Source of the DNA: Mustelus asterias
Lineage: Eukaryota
Assembly (NCBI RefSeq): GCF_964213995.1
Contig: NC_135819.1
Location: 4,464,001 to 4,528,000, forward strand
Reading direction: 5' to 3'
Length of the DNA: 64,000 bases
The notes under the pieces are model-generated. The model was not told where the DNA came from. It saw nothing but the letters and a program-made list of their open reading frames with translations, and did no database searches. Every line of letters begins with the position of its first letter. The first letter of the stretch is position 1. Shown here piece by piece: positions 1-12,135 of the stretch. A program made the translations under genes and the position numbers.

Positions 1-430
1 GATCTTGTCGTGGGCCTTGCCAGTTCAGTGCTTTACAATTCCCTTTAGTCTCTCGATCACATGTATGTTGAAGAGCTTTCCCAGTGGTCACTAAAGGTCC
101 CAGGAAAATATACTGCTTATAACCCAACCCTCCCAAACTAATCATCATTCATACATCCATCTCTGCAAACTGTGCCCAATCCTGTCCCTCCCATGAATAC
201 CATTCGAGCCAACACACTCAAACATTGTCCACTCTACACCCAACCCCAACCAGAATAATGCATTCCATCCATGCCCTGTTAGATACCATTCCCACTCCAA
301 CGTCGTTGTACTTCCTCAGGCGAGTTGCTGTTCTGAAGTTGTCTCCAATTGCTCAGAGAATGGAATCACCTGGAACCGGACCCTGGCCCCCACCAGTACC
401 GCCCCATGCCCGCACCTATCAGCTGGTTAC

Positions 431-505
431 CTTTCGGGTGCTGGGCGCCTCAGAATCAGCTTTCTCCAGACTCTCATAAACGTCAGTATTTGGTTGCGAG
501 GACAC
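431..505 (-). CDS. IgSF receptor, cytoplasmic exon 2 (VSSQPNTDVYESLEKADSEAPSTRK)
   Basis: Minus strand: acceptor gtctttctccctttaag, 75-nt open phase 0-0 exon, donor AAG|gtaacc. Carries a YESL tyrosine motif. Phase matches the 4304-4357 exon. No stop-containing terminal exon was confidently located. Confidence 0.65.
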
Positions 506-1015
506 CTTAAAGGGAGAAAGACGTCACCATTGGGAATCATGGCCCTGTCATAGCTACATGAGATTGAAGAGTAAGCCATCTCATCTCCCCTTGTCTCTTT
601 ATTCTGCCCAGTTCAGAATTCACACCACTACATTGGCAGGAAGGCCTTATCGGTCATGGCTTAATCCCATCGCGTTGAAATGAATAGCTCCCCCTTACGA
701 TGGACAACAGACCTCAGACTCATCTCCCATCCAAGAACAGGAAGGAAACTTGGATAAGGTCATAGGGGTGGAAGGTCATCCCCAATATTAACAATGGAAA
801 CACTGGCTGTTACTGGGAATAGAACCAGAGTCAGCTCCCACCTCAGGCCAATGGGTAACTGCACCGGGGGTACAGGTTAAAACGTTCACAGGCTCTGCCC
901 CTGTCTATATCTCCTCAACTGATCCCTGCCCTGACAGTACTCAGGAAACTTGGGCTTTAAGTTTAAAAGTTTAAGTTTGTTTATTAGTGTCAAAAGTAGG
1001 CTTACATTAACATTG

Positions 1016-1220
1016 TAAGGAGTCTTACAACACCAGGTCAAAGTCCAACAAGTTTATTTGGTAGCACGAGCTTTCGGAGCACTGCCCCTTCATCACTCAC
1101 CTGATGAAGGAGCGGCGCTCCAAAAGCTTGTGCTACCAAATAAACCTGTTGGACTTTAACCTGGTGTTGTGAGACTACTTACTGTGCCCACCCCAGTCCA
1201 ACGCCGGCATCTCCACATCA
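1016..1220. mobile_element. Miniature Penelope-derived element: two pLTR fragments head-to-head with hammerhead-like cores, inserted in a SINE tail
   Basis: About 1016-1095 is the reverse complement of about 1101-1180. Ends in ...gccggcatctccacatca like the Penelope at 59068. 14-bp TSD ttacattaacattg at 1002-1015 and 1221-1234. Confidence 0.85.
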
Positions 1221-3025
1221 TTACATTAACATTGCAATGAAGTTATTGTGAAAATCCCCTAGTCGCCACACTTCAGCACCTGTTCGGGTACACTGAGGGA
1301 GAATTTAGCATGGCTAATGCATCTAACCAGCACGTCTTTCAGAGTGTGGGAGGAAACCGGAGCGCCCGGAGGAAACCCATGCAGACACGGGGAGAATGTG
1401 CAGACACTGCACAGACAGGGACCCGAGCCAGGAATCGGACCCAGGTCCCTGGCGCCATGAGGCAGCAGTGCTAACCACTGTGCAGGTAAGAAGGAGATCG
1501 CAGCACTCATGGGTCTGGATGGACCTCTCCACTGTCTGATCCAGGGTGTGGATATTATCTGGAAGCTCCTTCAGATCTTCTCGCAGGTCATGCAGAACTT
1601 TCAGCATCTTCCAGCTTACGAACAATTCTCGATGTGGATCATCAACCTGGGCTTCAATATGAGCCTGGCTCCCACAATGCTTTATTGGTTGCCTTGGCGA
1701 TCACAGTATCTGAAAGCTAATCGGGAGTGCGTGTGGTTTTTTTTTTTTGCAGGTTCTGATCCGAAAAATATTTGTGAACTATATTCACTGATGTGAAAGT
1801 ATCGGTTGCAGACTGCAGGGGAATACAAGTTTATTTATTACTCACAAGTAAGGCTTACATTAACAATGAAGTTATTGTGAAATTCCCCTAATCACTACAC
1901 TCCAGCGCCTGTTTGGGTCACTGCACCCTAACCAGGACGTCTTTCGGACTGTGGAAGGAAATCAGAGCACCCGGAGGAAACCCACGCAGACACGGGGAGA
2001 ACGTGCAAACTCCGCACAGGCAGTGACCCAAGCCGGGAATCGAACCCGGGTCCCCTGGCGCTGTGAGGCAGCAGTGCTAACCACTGTGCCACCGTGACTG
2101 AGATCCAAAGATGTGCGGGTTAGGTGGATTGGCCGTGCTAAATTGACCCCAGTGTCAGGGGGATTGGCAGGGTAAATGTGTGGGGTTATGGGAATAGGGC
2201 CTGGGTGGGATTGTGGTCGGTGCAGGCTCGATGGGCTGAATGGCCTCCTTCTGCACTGTAGGGATTCTATGAGAGCAGGGTCAAGGTCAGGTGGCGTTTG
2301 AAAACCAAGACCCTGTTAACACCCGCTGCCTTGGTTACCACATGAAGTGTGGCCCCACCATGGCAACCAGCTGTGCAGCCCCACCTCAGCAACAGTCAAT
2401 GGGTTTGGGAGGGAGAGGGAGAAAACAGGCCATAAAAGCCAGCAAAATGGGGAATGCACAAGAGGTCAGAAATAGAGGGGGAGTGGATGCTCCAGAGGGG
2501 TTGAAGGAGATTAAAGAGGAGGGATGAGAGCACGGAGAATTTGAAAACAAACATGAGAATTTTCACTTTGCTTAATCAGAAGTCAGTATAATTTTGTGAG
2601 CACAGGGCTGACAGGGGAATGGACTTAGAATCATGGAAGAATCAGAGAATCCCTACAGTGCAAAAAGAGGCCATTCGGCCCATCAAGCCTGCACCGACAA
2701 CAATTCCACCGATCCCTGTAACCCCACTAATCCCCCTGACACAAAGGGGCAATTTAGCATGGCCAATCCACCGAACCTGCACATCTTTTGGACCGTGGGA
2801 GAATGTCTGTGCGGAGCCTGCACTGTCACCTGAGGCTGGAATTGAACGCGGGTCCCTGGCGCTGTGAGGCCGTGCCCCTCTGATTTGCAGCGAGCTAAGA
2901 GAAAGGCAGTAGAGTTTTGAATGACTTCAGGCTTACAGAGGGTAGAATGTGTGAGAGCAGCCAGAAGTGCATTGGAATAGTCTAGTCTAACAAAGGCACA
3001 TCTAACAGCGGATGAGGCTGGAAGG

Positions 3026-3330
3026 GGCGGCACGGTGGCACAGTGGTTAGCACTGCCGGCTCACAGCGCCAGCGACCTGGGTTCAATTCCCGGCCTTGGG
3101 TCACTGCCTGTGCGGAGCCTGCACATTCTCCCCGTGTCTGCGTGGGTTTCCTCTGGATGCTCTGGTTTTCTCCCACAGTCCAAAGATGTGCTAGTTAGGT
3201 TGATTGACCAGGCTAAATTGACCCTTAGTGTCGAGGAATTAGCAGGGTAAATACGTGGGGTTGCGGGAATAGGGCCTGGGTGGGATTGTGGTCGGTGCAG
3301 GCCTCCTTCTGCACTGTAGAGATTTTATGA
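3026..3330 (+). mobile_element. HE1-type tRNA-derived SINE (representative; dozens of copies on both strands, e.g. near 1240, 1850, 7390, 10735, 13735, 21510, 23800, 33900, 37400, 38215, 45960, 49045, 54230)
   Basis: A-box head ggcacggtggcacagtggttagcactgc, B-box ggttcaattcc, conserved body and LINE-like tail ...ccttctgcactgtag...attctatga. Family name comes from my recollection of elasmobranch HE1 SINEs. Confidence 0.85.
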
Positions 3331-3587
3331 TTCATAATGGGGTCGAATGTGACACCAAGGTCGCAAAAAAACTGGTTTAATCTCTGACTATTGGTGGGGC
3401 GAAGGGTGGAGTCTAGGAAACAAATGTGCATGGGATCAGTGACGTCTTCCTGCTGGAATGGGTGAGCACCGTGTTGGTCCCAGCACAGGGAGACAGAGCG
3501 GTGATTCACAGAATGTCCCTGATTGGAAACAGTGTCTGAAAGTCCCAGGTGAACATTGTGCTCCCTCATTCACATTCACACTGAAGG

Positions 3588-4292
3588 GAGGTGATGGCCT
3601 AGTGGTATTATCACTAGTCGATTCATCCAGAAACCCAGCTAATGCTCTGGGGACCCGGGTTCAAATCCCGCCACGGCAGATGGTGGAATTTGAATTCAAT
3701 TTAAAAAATTTGGAATTAAGAATCTACTGATGACCATGAAACAATTGTCGGAAAAACCCATCTGGTTCACCAATGTCCTTTAGGGAAGGAAATCTGCCAT
3801 CCTGACCTGGTCTGGCCTACATGTGATTCCGGAGCCACAGCAATGTGGTTGACTCTCAACTGCCCTCTGAAATCATAGAAACCCTACAGTACAGAAAGAT
3901 GCCATTCGGCCCATCGAGTCTGCACCGACCACAATCCTACCCCCATATCCTTACATATTTTACCCGCTAATCCCTCTAATCTACGCATCCCAGGACACTA
4001 AGGGGCAATTTTAGCACGGCCAATCAACCTAACCCGCACATCTTTGGACTGTGGGAGGAAACTGGAGCACCCGGAGGAAACCCACGCTGACACGAGGAGA
4101 AACTCCACACAGACAGTGACCCAAGCTGGGGATCGAACCCAGGTCCCTGGTCCGCTGTGCTACCGTGCCGCCCAAATGGCCCTAGCAAGCCACATGAAGG
4201 AAGTTCACCACCACCTTCTCAAGGGCAACAAGGGATGGGCAATAAATGCTGGCCTAGCCAGCGAGGCCCATGTCCCACAAATGAATGAAAAA
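3588..4292 (+). mobile_element. Second tRNA-derived SINE family (other copies about 23480-23735 -, 29810-30165 +, 44700-45050 -), here split by an antisense HE1-type SINE at about 3873-4172
   Basis: Head ggtgatggcctagtggtattatc...gggttcaaatccc. Its 3' tail gggatgggcaataaatgctggcc is also seen near 25700, downstream of the degenerate LINE at 24270-24930. Confidence 0.7.
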
Positions 4293-4303
4293 TAATCACT
4301 CAC

Positions 4304-4357
4304 CATGTACACTGGTTCTCCTACCTCTGGCCTTGCCACTCTGCGCCTTCTTTTGAA
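4304..4357 (-). CDS. IgSF receptor, cytoplasmic exon 1 (FKRRRRVARPEVGEPVYM)
   Basis: Strong acceptor cctcttttctttcag and donor ATG|gtgagt, 54 nt. In phase 0 it gives a polybasic stop-transfer segment directly after the TM exon. Confidence 0.85.
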
Positions 4358-4579
4358 CTGAAAGAAAAGAGGGGCAACCGTGATTGACAGATCCGGTCGC
4401 CTTCACCTCACTGCCAACAAAAGCACCAAAGATTGGAGACATCGGAAGTCAGGTCTGTAGAGCAACGAGACGTCAGCCACTCAAGTAAGAGTCTGAGAAA
4501 CTCAAACGTTAAGCAACAGATTCTGTTTCTGTGCAGATGCTGCCTGACCTGATGAGAGTTTGTGCCCCAATAGGAAAAA

Positions 4580-5175
4580 GAAGTTCAGACCAGTTCCCAT
4601 TTCCCCGTTTTACTGGTGTACCGCTTTGAGGTATACAAGACCAGTTCAGACCAGTTTTCTCATTTCCCCGTTTTACTGGTGTACCACTTTGAGGTATACA
4701 AGACCAGTTCAAACCAGTTTTCTCATTTCCCCGTTTTACTGGTGTACCACTTTGAGGTATACAAGACCAGTTCAGACCAGTTTTCTCATTTCCCCGTTTT
4801 ACTGGTGTACCACGTTGAGGTATACAAGACCAGTTCAGACCAGTTTTCTCATTTCCCCGTTTTACTGGTGTACCACTTTGAGGTATACAAGACCAGTTCA
4901 GACCAGTTTTCTCATTTCCCCGTTTTACTGGTGTACCACGTTGAGGTATACAAGACCAGTTCAGACCAGTTTTCACATTTCCCCGTTTTACTGGTGTACC
5001 ACTTTGAGGTATACAAGACCAGTTCAGACCAGTTTTCTCATTTCCCCGTTTTACTGGTGTACCACTTTGAGGTATACAACACCAGTCCAGACCAGTTTTC
5101 TCATTTCCCCGTTTTACTGGTGTACCACTTTGAGGTATACAAGACCAGTTCAGAGCAATATTCTCACTCCCCGGT
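4580..5175. repeat. 63-bp minisatellite, about 9.5 near-identical copies, in the TM/cytoplasmic intron
   Basis: Unit agaccagttcagaccagttttctcatttccccgttttactggtgtaccactttgaggtataca; 21-aa periodicity in the ORF track. Confidence 0.95.
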
Positions 5176-5326
5176 ATATACTGTTTTTTCCGCAGTTCCT
5201 CCACTAATATTCCTGCAGCCCACGACGCAGTTTCTTCTGGGACTTGCTGAGAAGTTTTAGTCACCGCAGAAGCGGGGTTGACGTCAGACACTGAGCAGGA
5301 CCGAGTTAAACCCCAAAGGTACTTAC

Positions 5327-5418
5327 AGCATATATGGCAAGGACTGTCACAATGATCAGGAGGAGCACAACACCGACACTGATCCCAGAGACGAGCCTCG
5401 TTTGTCTGTCAGTCGCAC
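5327..5418 (-). CDS. IgSF receptor, transmembrane exon ((G)ATDRQTRLVSGISVGVVLLLIIVTVLAIYA)
   Basis: Acceptor ttcctcctgtgttgcag, donor GCT|gtaagt, 92 nt, phase 1 to phase 0. Encodes an uncharged hydrophobic helix of about 23 residues. Confidence 0.9.
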
Positions 5419-5659
5419 CTGCAACACAGGAGGAACCTCTTTACTCAGCGGGTGGTTAGAACGTGGAACCTGCCACCGCACCAAGTAGCTGAGGTGGATC
5501 GCATTTGAGGGGAAGTGGGATGGGTACATGGGGAAGAAATGAATGGGGTATTTTGATGGGTTAGGGTGAACTGGGGTGGAAGGAGGCTGGTGTGTAACTT
5601 CAATACTGGCATAGTTGGGCTGAATGGCCTATTTCTGTGCTGTACATTCTGTCGTTCTA

Positions 5660-6436
5660 TAAGACCTTAAGATATAGGAGCAGAATTAGACCATTAGGCC
5701 CATCGAGTCTGCCCCGCCATTCAATCATGGCTGATATGATTCTCATCCCCAGTCTCCTGCTCCCTCCCGTAACCCTTGATGCCCTTATTGATCAAGAACC
5801 TAACTATCTCTGTCTTAAAGACACTCAATGACCTGGCCTCCACAGCCCTCTGTGGCAATGAGTTCCACAGATCCACCACCCTCTGGCTGAAGAAATTCCT
5901 CCGTATCTCAGTTTTAAAGGAGCGTCCATTCACTCTGAGGTTGAGTCCTCGAGTTCTAGTCTCTCCCACTAGTGGAAACATCCTCTCCACGTCCACTCTA
6001 TCCAGGCCTCTCAGTATTCTGTAAGTTTCAATGAGATCCCCCCTCATCCTTCTAAACTCCATCGAGTACAGACCCAGACTCCTCAACCGCTCCTCATATG
6101 ACAAACTCTTAATTCCTGGGATCATTCTGGACCCTCTCCAAGGCCAGCACATCCTTCCTTAGGTACGGTGCCCAAAACTGCTCGCAATACTCCAAATGGG
6201 GTCTGACCAGAATCTTATGCAGCCTCAGCAGTACATCCCTACTCTTGTATTCTAGCCCTCGAGAAATGAATGCTAACATTGCATTTGCCTTCCTAACTGC
6301 CAACTGAACCCACACGTTAACCTTAAGAGAATCCTGAACCAGGATTCCCAATTCCCTTTGGGCTTCAGATTTCCAAAGCCTTATCCCGTTTAGAAAATAG
6401 TCTACGTCTCTATTCTTCCTACGAAAGTGCATAACC
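5660..6436 (-). mobile_element. CR1/HER1-type LINE 3' fragment
   Basis: ORFs with LVRPHLEYCEQFWAP and RRMRGDLIETY..FFSQRVV.LWNSLP, typical of the CR1 ORF2 C-terminus. Confidence 0.9.
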
Positions 6437-6749
6437 TCACACTGTCAGCGAAGCCTCAGTTTCACCTCTGTCACAAGGTTGAGGGTTCAAACATAGAAAC
6501 ATAGAAACTAGAAGCAGGAGTAGACCATTCGGCCCTTCGAGCCTGCTCCGCCATTCATTTTGATCATGGCTGATCATCAAATTCAATATCCTGACTCCCC
6601 CCATATCCCTTGATCCCTTTAGCCCCAAGAGCTATATCTAACTTCTTCTTGAAATCACGCAAGACTCAGTGCAGAGCCTTGAGCATCAAAAAGATTAGGT
6701 GGAGACCCCAGTGCTAAACTGGGGGAATGCTGCATTGTCAGAGGTGATG

Positions 6750-7272
6750 TTGATTTGATTTATTATTGTTGCATGTATTAGTATACAGTGAAAAGTATTG
6801 TTTCTTGTGCGCTATACAGACAAAGCATACCATTCATAGAGAAGGAAAGGAGAGAATGCAGAATGGAGTGTAACAGTCATAGCTAGGGTGTAGAGAAAGA
6901 TCAGCTTAATGCAAGATAAGTCCATTCAAAAGTCTGACAGCAGCAGGGAAGAAGCTGTTCTTGAGTCGGTTGATACGTGACCTCAGGCTTTTGTATCTTT
7001 TTCCCAAAGGAAGAAGGTGGAAGAGGGAATGTCCGGGATGCGTGAGGTCCTTAATTATGCTGTCGAAGCAACGGGAAGTGCAGACAGAGTCAATGGATGG
7101 GAGGCTGGTTTGCGTGATGGATTGGGCTACGTTCACAACCCTTTGTAATTCCTTGTGGCCTTGGGCAGAGCAGGAGCCATACCAAGCTGTGATACAACCA
7201 GAAAGAATGCTTTCTATGGTGCATCTGTCAAGGTTGGTGAGAGTTGCAGCGGACATGCCAAATTTCCTTAGT
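6750..7272 (-). mobile_element. Rex1/Babar-like LINE 3' fragment
   Basis: RLRKFGMS..LTN..RCTIESILSGCITAWYGSC...RLKNSFFPAAVRLLN; (ATCAA)n tail. Confidence 0.8.
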
Positions 7273-8351
7273 CTGTTGTCTGTTGGTGTTGTCTGTTTGA
7301 ACAAAATGCTGAACCGAGGCTCCGTTTATAAGTTTATTTACTAGTGTCACAAGTAGGCTTACATTAACACTGCAATGTTAATGAAATTGCTGGCTCACAG
7401 CGCCAGGGACCCGGGTTCGATTCCAGCCTCGGGTCACTGTCTGTGCAGAGTCTGCACATTCTCCCCGTGTCTGCGTGGGTTTCCTCCGGGTGCTCCGGTT
7501 TCCTCCCACAGTCCGAAAGATATGTGGGTTAGGTTGTTTGGCCATGACTCTTCGGGTCCCAGGATGTGAAGGTTAGAGGGATTAGCAGGGTAAATATGTG
7601 GGGTGACGGGATTGGGCTTGGGTGGGATTGTTGTCGGTGCAGACTCGATGGGCCGAATGGCCTCCTTCTGCACTGTAGAGATTCTATGATTATAGATGGA
7701 CTGGTGGTGATTTAACCTGAAGATCACCACCAGTCCACCTATACTTCCCCGCATGGTAGGGAATCAGAATCCCGACAGTGCAGAAGGTTAAATCACCACC
7801 ACTCAGTTCTCCCTCCTCAAAGGGGAATGCAGCCTGTGGTCATCTGGGACTGTAGCAACTTTACCTGGATTGGACCAGCAACAGGGTATCTTAGCTGAAG
7901 CCTAATGCTGCCCTCAGTCACCATCCAGACTTCCCTGCAGCACCTGTGAGATAGATAACCCTTACCCGGTCTGGCCTACATGTGACTCCAGAGCCAGGGC
8001 AACATGGTTGACTCTTAACTGCCCTCTGAAATGGCCGAGTAAGACACTCCATTCAAGGGCAATTAGGAACAGGAGATCAATGCTGGTCCAGCCAGCGCCT
8101 CCCATATCCCATGAATGAATAAATCTAAAATTCTTGGTGATCCACAGCCTCAGGAACCTGGAGATTCCATCATTCCCACTGCTGCCTCAAAAAACCATAC
8201 AGCACAGAAGGAGACTAGTCAGCCCATCACATCTGGGCCATCTGTTTAAAAGAACTATTCAAGTATTCCCACTGGCCTGCCCTCACCTTATAGTTTTCTC
8301 CTTATTTATTCTATTGAAACCCACTCACAAATTTGAACAAATCCTTTAACG

Positions 8352-10490
8352 TAACATAAGAACATAACATAAGAACTAGGATCAGGAGTCGGCCATCTGG
8401 CCCTCGAGCCTGCTCCACCATTCATTAAGATCATGGCTGATCTTTTCGTGGACTCAGCTCCACTTACCCGCCCGCTCACCATAACCCTTAATTCCTTTTC
8501 TGTTCGAACATTTATCTATCCTTGCCTTAAGAACATTCAATGAGGTAGCCTCAACTGCTTCACTGGGCAGGGAATTCCACAGATTCACAACCCTTTGGGT
8601 GAAGAAGTTCCTCCTCAACTCAGTCCTAAATCTGCTTCCCCTTATTTTGAGGCCATGCCCCCTAGTTCTAGTTTCACCCGCCAGTGGAAACAACTTCCCT
8701 GCTTCTAACTTATCTGTTCCCTTCATAATCTTATATGTTTCCATAAGATCTCCCCTCATTCTTCTGAATTCCAATGAATATAGTCCCAGTCTACTCAGTC
8801 TCTCCTCATAAGTCAACCCTCTCAACTCCGGAATCAACCTAGTGAATATACCCGCCCCCCCCCCCCCCCCCCCCCCCCACACCCTTCAGTGCCAGTATAT
8901 CCTTTCTCAAGTAAGGAGACCAAAACTGTACACAGTACTCCAGGTGTGGCCTCACCAGCACCTTATACAGCTGCAACATAACCTCGCTGTTTTTAAACTC
9001 CATCCCTCTAGTAATGAAGGACAAAATTCCATTTGCCGCTTTAATTGCCTGCTGCACCTGCAAACCAACTCCTTGAGATTCCTGCACAAGGACACCCAGG
9101 TCCCTCTGCACAGCAGCATGCTGCAATTTTTTACCATTTAAATAATAGTCCATTTTGCTGTTATTCCTAGCAAAATGGATGACCTCAATTTACCAACACT
9201 GTACTCCATCTGCCAGACCCTCACCCACTCACTTAGACTATCTATATCCCTTTGCAGAATTTCAGTGTCCTCTGCACACTTTGCTCTGCCACTCATCTTA
9301 GTGTCATCTGCGAATTTTGACACACTACACTTGGTCCCCAACTCCAAATCATCTATGTAACTTGTAAACAGTTGCGGTCCCAACACTGATCCCTGAGGCA
9401 CACCACTAGTCACTGATCGCCAACCAGAAAAACACCCATTTACCCCCCACTCTTTGCTTTCTGTTAGCTAACCAATCCTCTATCCATGCTAATACATTAC
9501 CCGTAACACCGTGCACCTTTATCTTATGTAGCAGTCTTTGGTGCGGCACCTTGTCAAATGCCTTCTGGAAATCCAGATACACCACATCCACAGGTTCCCC
9601 ATTGATCACTGCACATGTAATGTTCTCAAAGAATTCCACCAAATTAGTCAAACATGACCTGCCCTTCATGAACCCACGCTGCGTCTTACCAATGAGACAA
9701 TATATATCCAGATGTCTTGCTATTTCTTCCTTGATGATAGATTCAAGCATTTTCCCTACTACAGAAGTTAAGCTAACCGGCCTATAGTTACCCGCCTTTT
9801 GTCTACCTCCTTTTTTAAACAGTGGCGTCACATTTGCTGTTTTCCAATCTGTGGGAATCACCCCAGAATCCAGCGAATTTTGGTAAATTACCACTCGTGT
9901 ATTTGTTATTTCTCCCGCCATCTCTTTTAGTCACTGGGATGCATTCCATCAGGACCAGGAGACTTGTCTACCTTTAGCCCCATTAACTTGCCCAACACTA
10001 CCTCTTTGGTGATAATGATAGTTCCTAGGTCCTCACCTGCCAGAGCCTTCCTGTCATCAATTTTTGGCATGTTATTTGTGTTTTCCACTGTGAAGACCGA
10101 CACAAAATACCTGTTCAATGCCTCGGCCATTTCCTCATTTCCAGTTATTACATCCCCCTTCTCATCCTCTAAAGGACCAATGTTTCCTTTCACCACTCTT
10201 TTTCGTTTTATATATTTGTAGAAACTTTTGCTATCTGTTTTTATATTCTGAGCTCGTTTGCTCTCATAATCCTTCTTACTTATAGCTTTTTTCGTGGCTT
10301 TCTGTTGACCTTTAAAGATTTCCCAATCCTCGAGGTTCCCACTAATCTTTGCCACTTTGTATGCATTTTCTTTCAGTTTGTTTCCCTCCTTTATTTCCTT
10401 GGATATCCATGGCTGATTATCTCTTTTTCTACAGTCCTTCCTTATCACTGGTATATACTTTTGCTGAGCACTGAAAAATCAGTTTGAAAG
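8352..10490 (-). mobile_element. CR1-type LINE, 5'-truncated and frameshifted
   Basis: RT motifs NYRPVSLTS, YLDFQKAFDKVPH, GVPQGSVLGP and FADDTK spread over several frames. Confidence 0.92.
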
Positions 10491-10520
10491 TCTTATGTTT
10501 GCCCACACTGCAGGATGGAC

Positions 10521-10634
10521 CTTGGGATTGTTGGCTATTTATTGTTGAACTGCCTGCCATTACTGATGATGATAACTGGTTGAGCAATGAGGTATTGGAG
10601 TGCGTCCAGCACACATCCATCAAATCAATCGTCG
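10521..10634 (-). CDS. IgSF receptor, candidate Ser/Thr/Gln-rich stalk exon (ATIDLMDVCWTHSNTSLLNQLSSSVMAGSSTINSQQSQ)
   Basis: Long polypyrimidine tract ending ...ctggaaag, then an open 114-nt phase 1-1 exon. Donor CAAG|gtccat is weak. Unique island between repeats, positioned between the last Ig exon and the TM exon. Confidence 0.5.
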
Positions 10635-11304
10635 CTTTCCAGAGGAGGAAATTGAAAAGAAATATGAATGAAAAAAATAAAATTGGGTCCGATTCTGCGC
10701 ATTTGGGAAAGCAGGAGAGGAAACGAATTGTTAGCGGCGGCACAGTGGTTAGCACTGCTGCCTCACAGCATCAGGGACCCGGGTTCAATTCCGGCCTCAG
10801 ATCACTGTCTGTGCGGAGTCTGCATGTTCTCTCCATGTCTGCGTGGGTTTCCTCCGGGTGCTCAGGTTTCCTCCCACAGACTAAAGATGTGCAGATTAAA
10901 TGGATTGGCCATGCTAAATTGCCCTTTGTGTCCAAAGATGTATTGGTTAGGTGGATTGAATCATAGAATCATAGAATCCCTACAGTGCAGAAGGAGGCCA
11001 TTTGGCCCATCGAGTCTGCACCGACAACAATCCCACCCAGGCCCTATCCCCGTAACCCCACATATTTACCCCGCTAATCCCTCTAACCTACGCATCCCGG
11101 GACACTAAGGGGCAATTTAGCATGGCCAATGCAGCCAACCCGCACATCTTTGGATTGTGAGAGCATTTGGAGGAAACCCACGGAGACACGGGAAGAACGT
11201 GCAGACCCCACACAGACAGTCACCCAAGCTGGGAATTGAACCCAGGTCCCGAGAGCTGTGAGGCAGCAGTGCTAACCACTGTGCCACCGTGCTGCCCCAA
11301 TCAT

Positions 11305-11635
11305 GGATTGGCCATGATAAATTGCCCCTTAGTGTCCAAAGATATGCGGGTTAGGTGGATTATCCATGCTAAATTGCCCCTTAGTGTCCAAAGATTTGCA
11401 GGTTAGCTGGATTATCCATGCTAAATTGCCCCTTAGTGTCCAAAGATTTGCAGGTTAGGTGGATTGGCCATGCTAAATTGCCCCTTAGTGTCCAAAGATT
11501 TGCAGGTTAGGTGGATTGGCCATGCTAAATTGCCCCTTAGTGTCCAAAGATTTGCAGGTTAGGTGGATTGGCCATGCTAAATTGCCCCTTAGTGTCCAAA
11601 GATTTGCAGGTTAGGTGGATTGGCCGTGCTAAATT
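11305..11635 (+). repeat. Tandem array of the 52-bp SINE-internal unit (about 6 copies)
   Basis: Unit gtgtccaaagat(t/g)tgcaggttaggtggattggccatgctaaattgcccctta repeated. Confidence 0.9.
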
Positions 11636-11856
11636 TCCAGTGCTACGAAAATAGGGTGGAGCGGTGGGCCCGGGTGAGATGTTCTTTCAGGGATATGGCA
11701 CAGACTCGATGGCCAAATGGCCTCTCTCTGCTCTGTTGGGATTCTATAGTTCAGGGAGTTCAGTGCAGCCACTTCAGGCCAAAGAGTCTCTTTCTGTATT
11801 GTGAGGTTGTGTGGTTAACTGAAGATGCCTTCAGTACAAAGCCAATAGATACAAAC

Positions 11857-12135
11857 CGGGCTTCAGGGAACCAATCACGTCGACCTGCACCGTTGTGAAT
11901 CTGGTTCCCAGCCTATTCTCAGCGGAGCAGACGTAGTTCCCCTGGTCACTGAGTGAGATGTTCTCCACTTGGAGTTTCAGATGATTTGTTACTCTGCTCA
12001 GCAAGACTGTTCCATTGAGCATCCAAGACATTTTGGCTTTGGGGTTGCTGTTGGATATACACAGCAACTCGAGTGGTTCATCTTCTATCTTCACTATCTC
12101 TCCCTCTGGTCTCACTGTGAGATTTACAGGCCCAT
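11857..12135 (-). CDS. IgSF receptor, membrane-proximal C2/I-set Ig domain exon
   Basis: Acceptor cttttcttacag; (Y)GPVNLTV..LELLC.SNSNP...SW.LNG...L.VENISLSDQGNYVCSAENRLG. Phase-1 donor most likely CCC G|gtttgt; an earlier ATT G|gttccc is an alternative. Confidence 0.88.

Noticed and set aside
1485-1800. Coiled-coil-like minus ORF (MLKVLHDLREDLKELP..) and a plus-strand acceptor followed by GSDPKNICELYSLM-stop
   Set aside because: No partner exons or matching phase. The minus ORF may be a decayed Harbinger/Myb-type transposon remnant, but the evidence is too thin.
3035-3250. Many short recurring ORFs (MAQWLALLPHSARD..., GGTVVSTAASQ...) and tRNA-like heads
   Set aside because: They are SINE translations and tRNA-derived promoter boxes, not protein or tRNA genes.
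11831-11856. Read-through of the C2 exon to a stop (GLYLLALY-stop) as the true C-terminus or a GPI signal
   Set aside because: A phase-compatible TM exon and cytoplasmic exons exist downstream and the tail is too short for a GPI signal; a secreted isoform remains possible but is unsupported.
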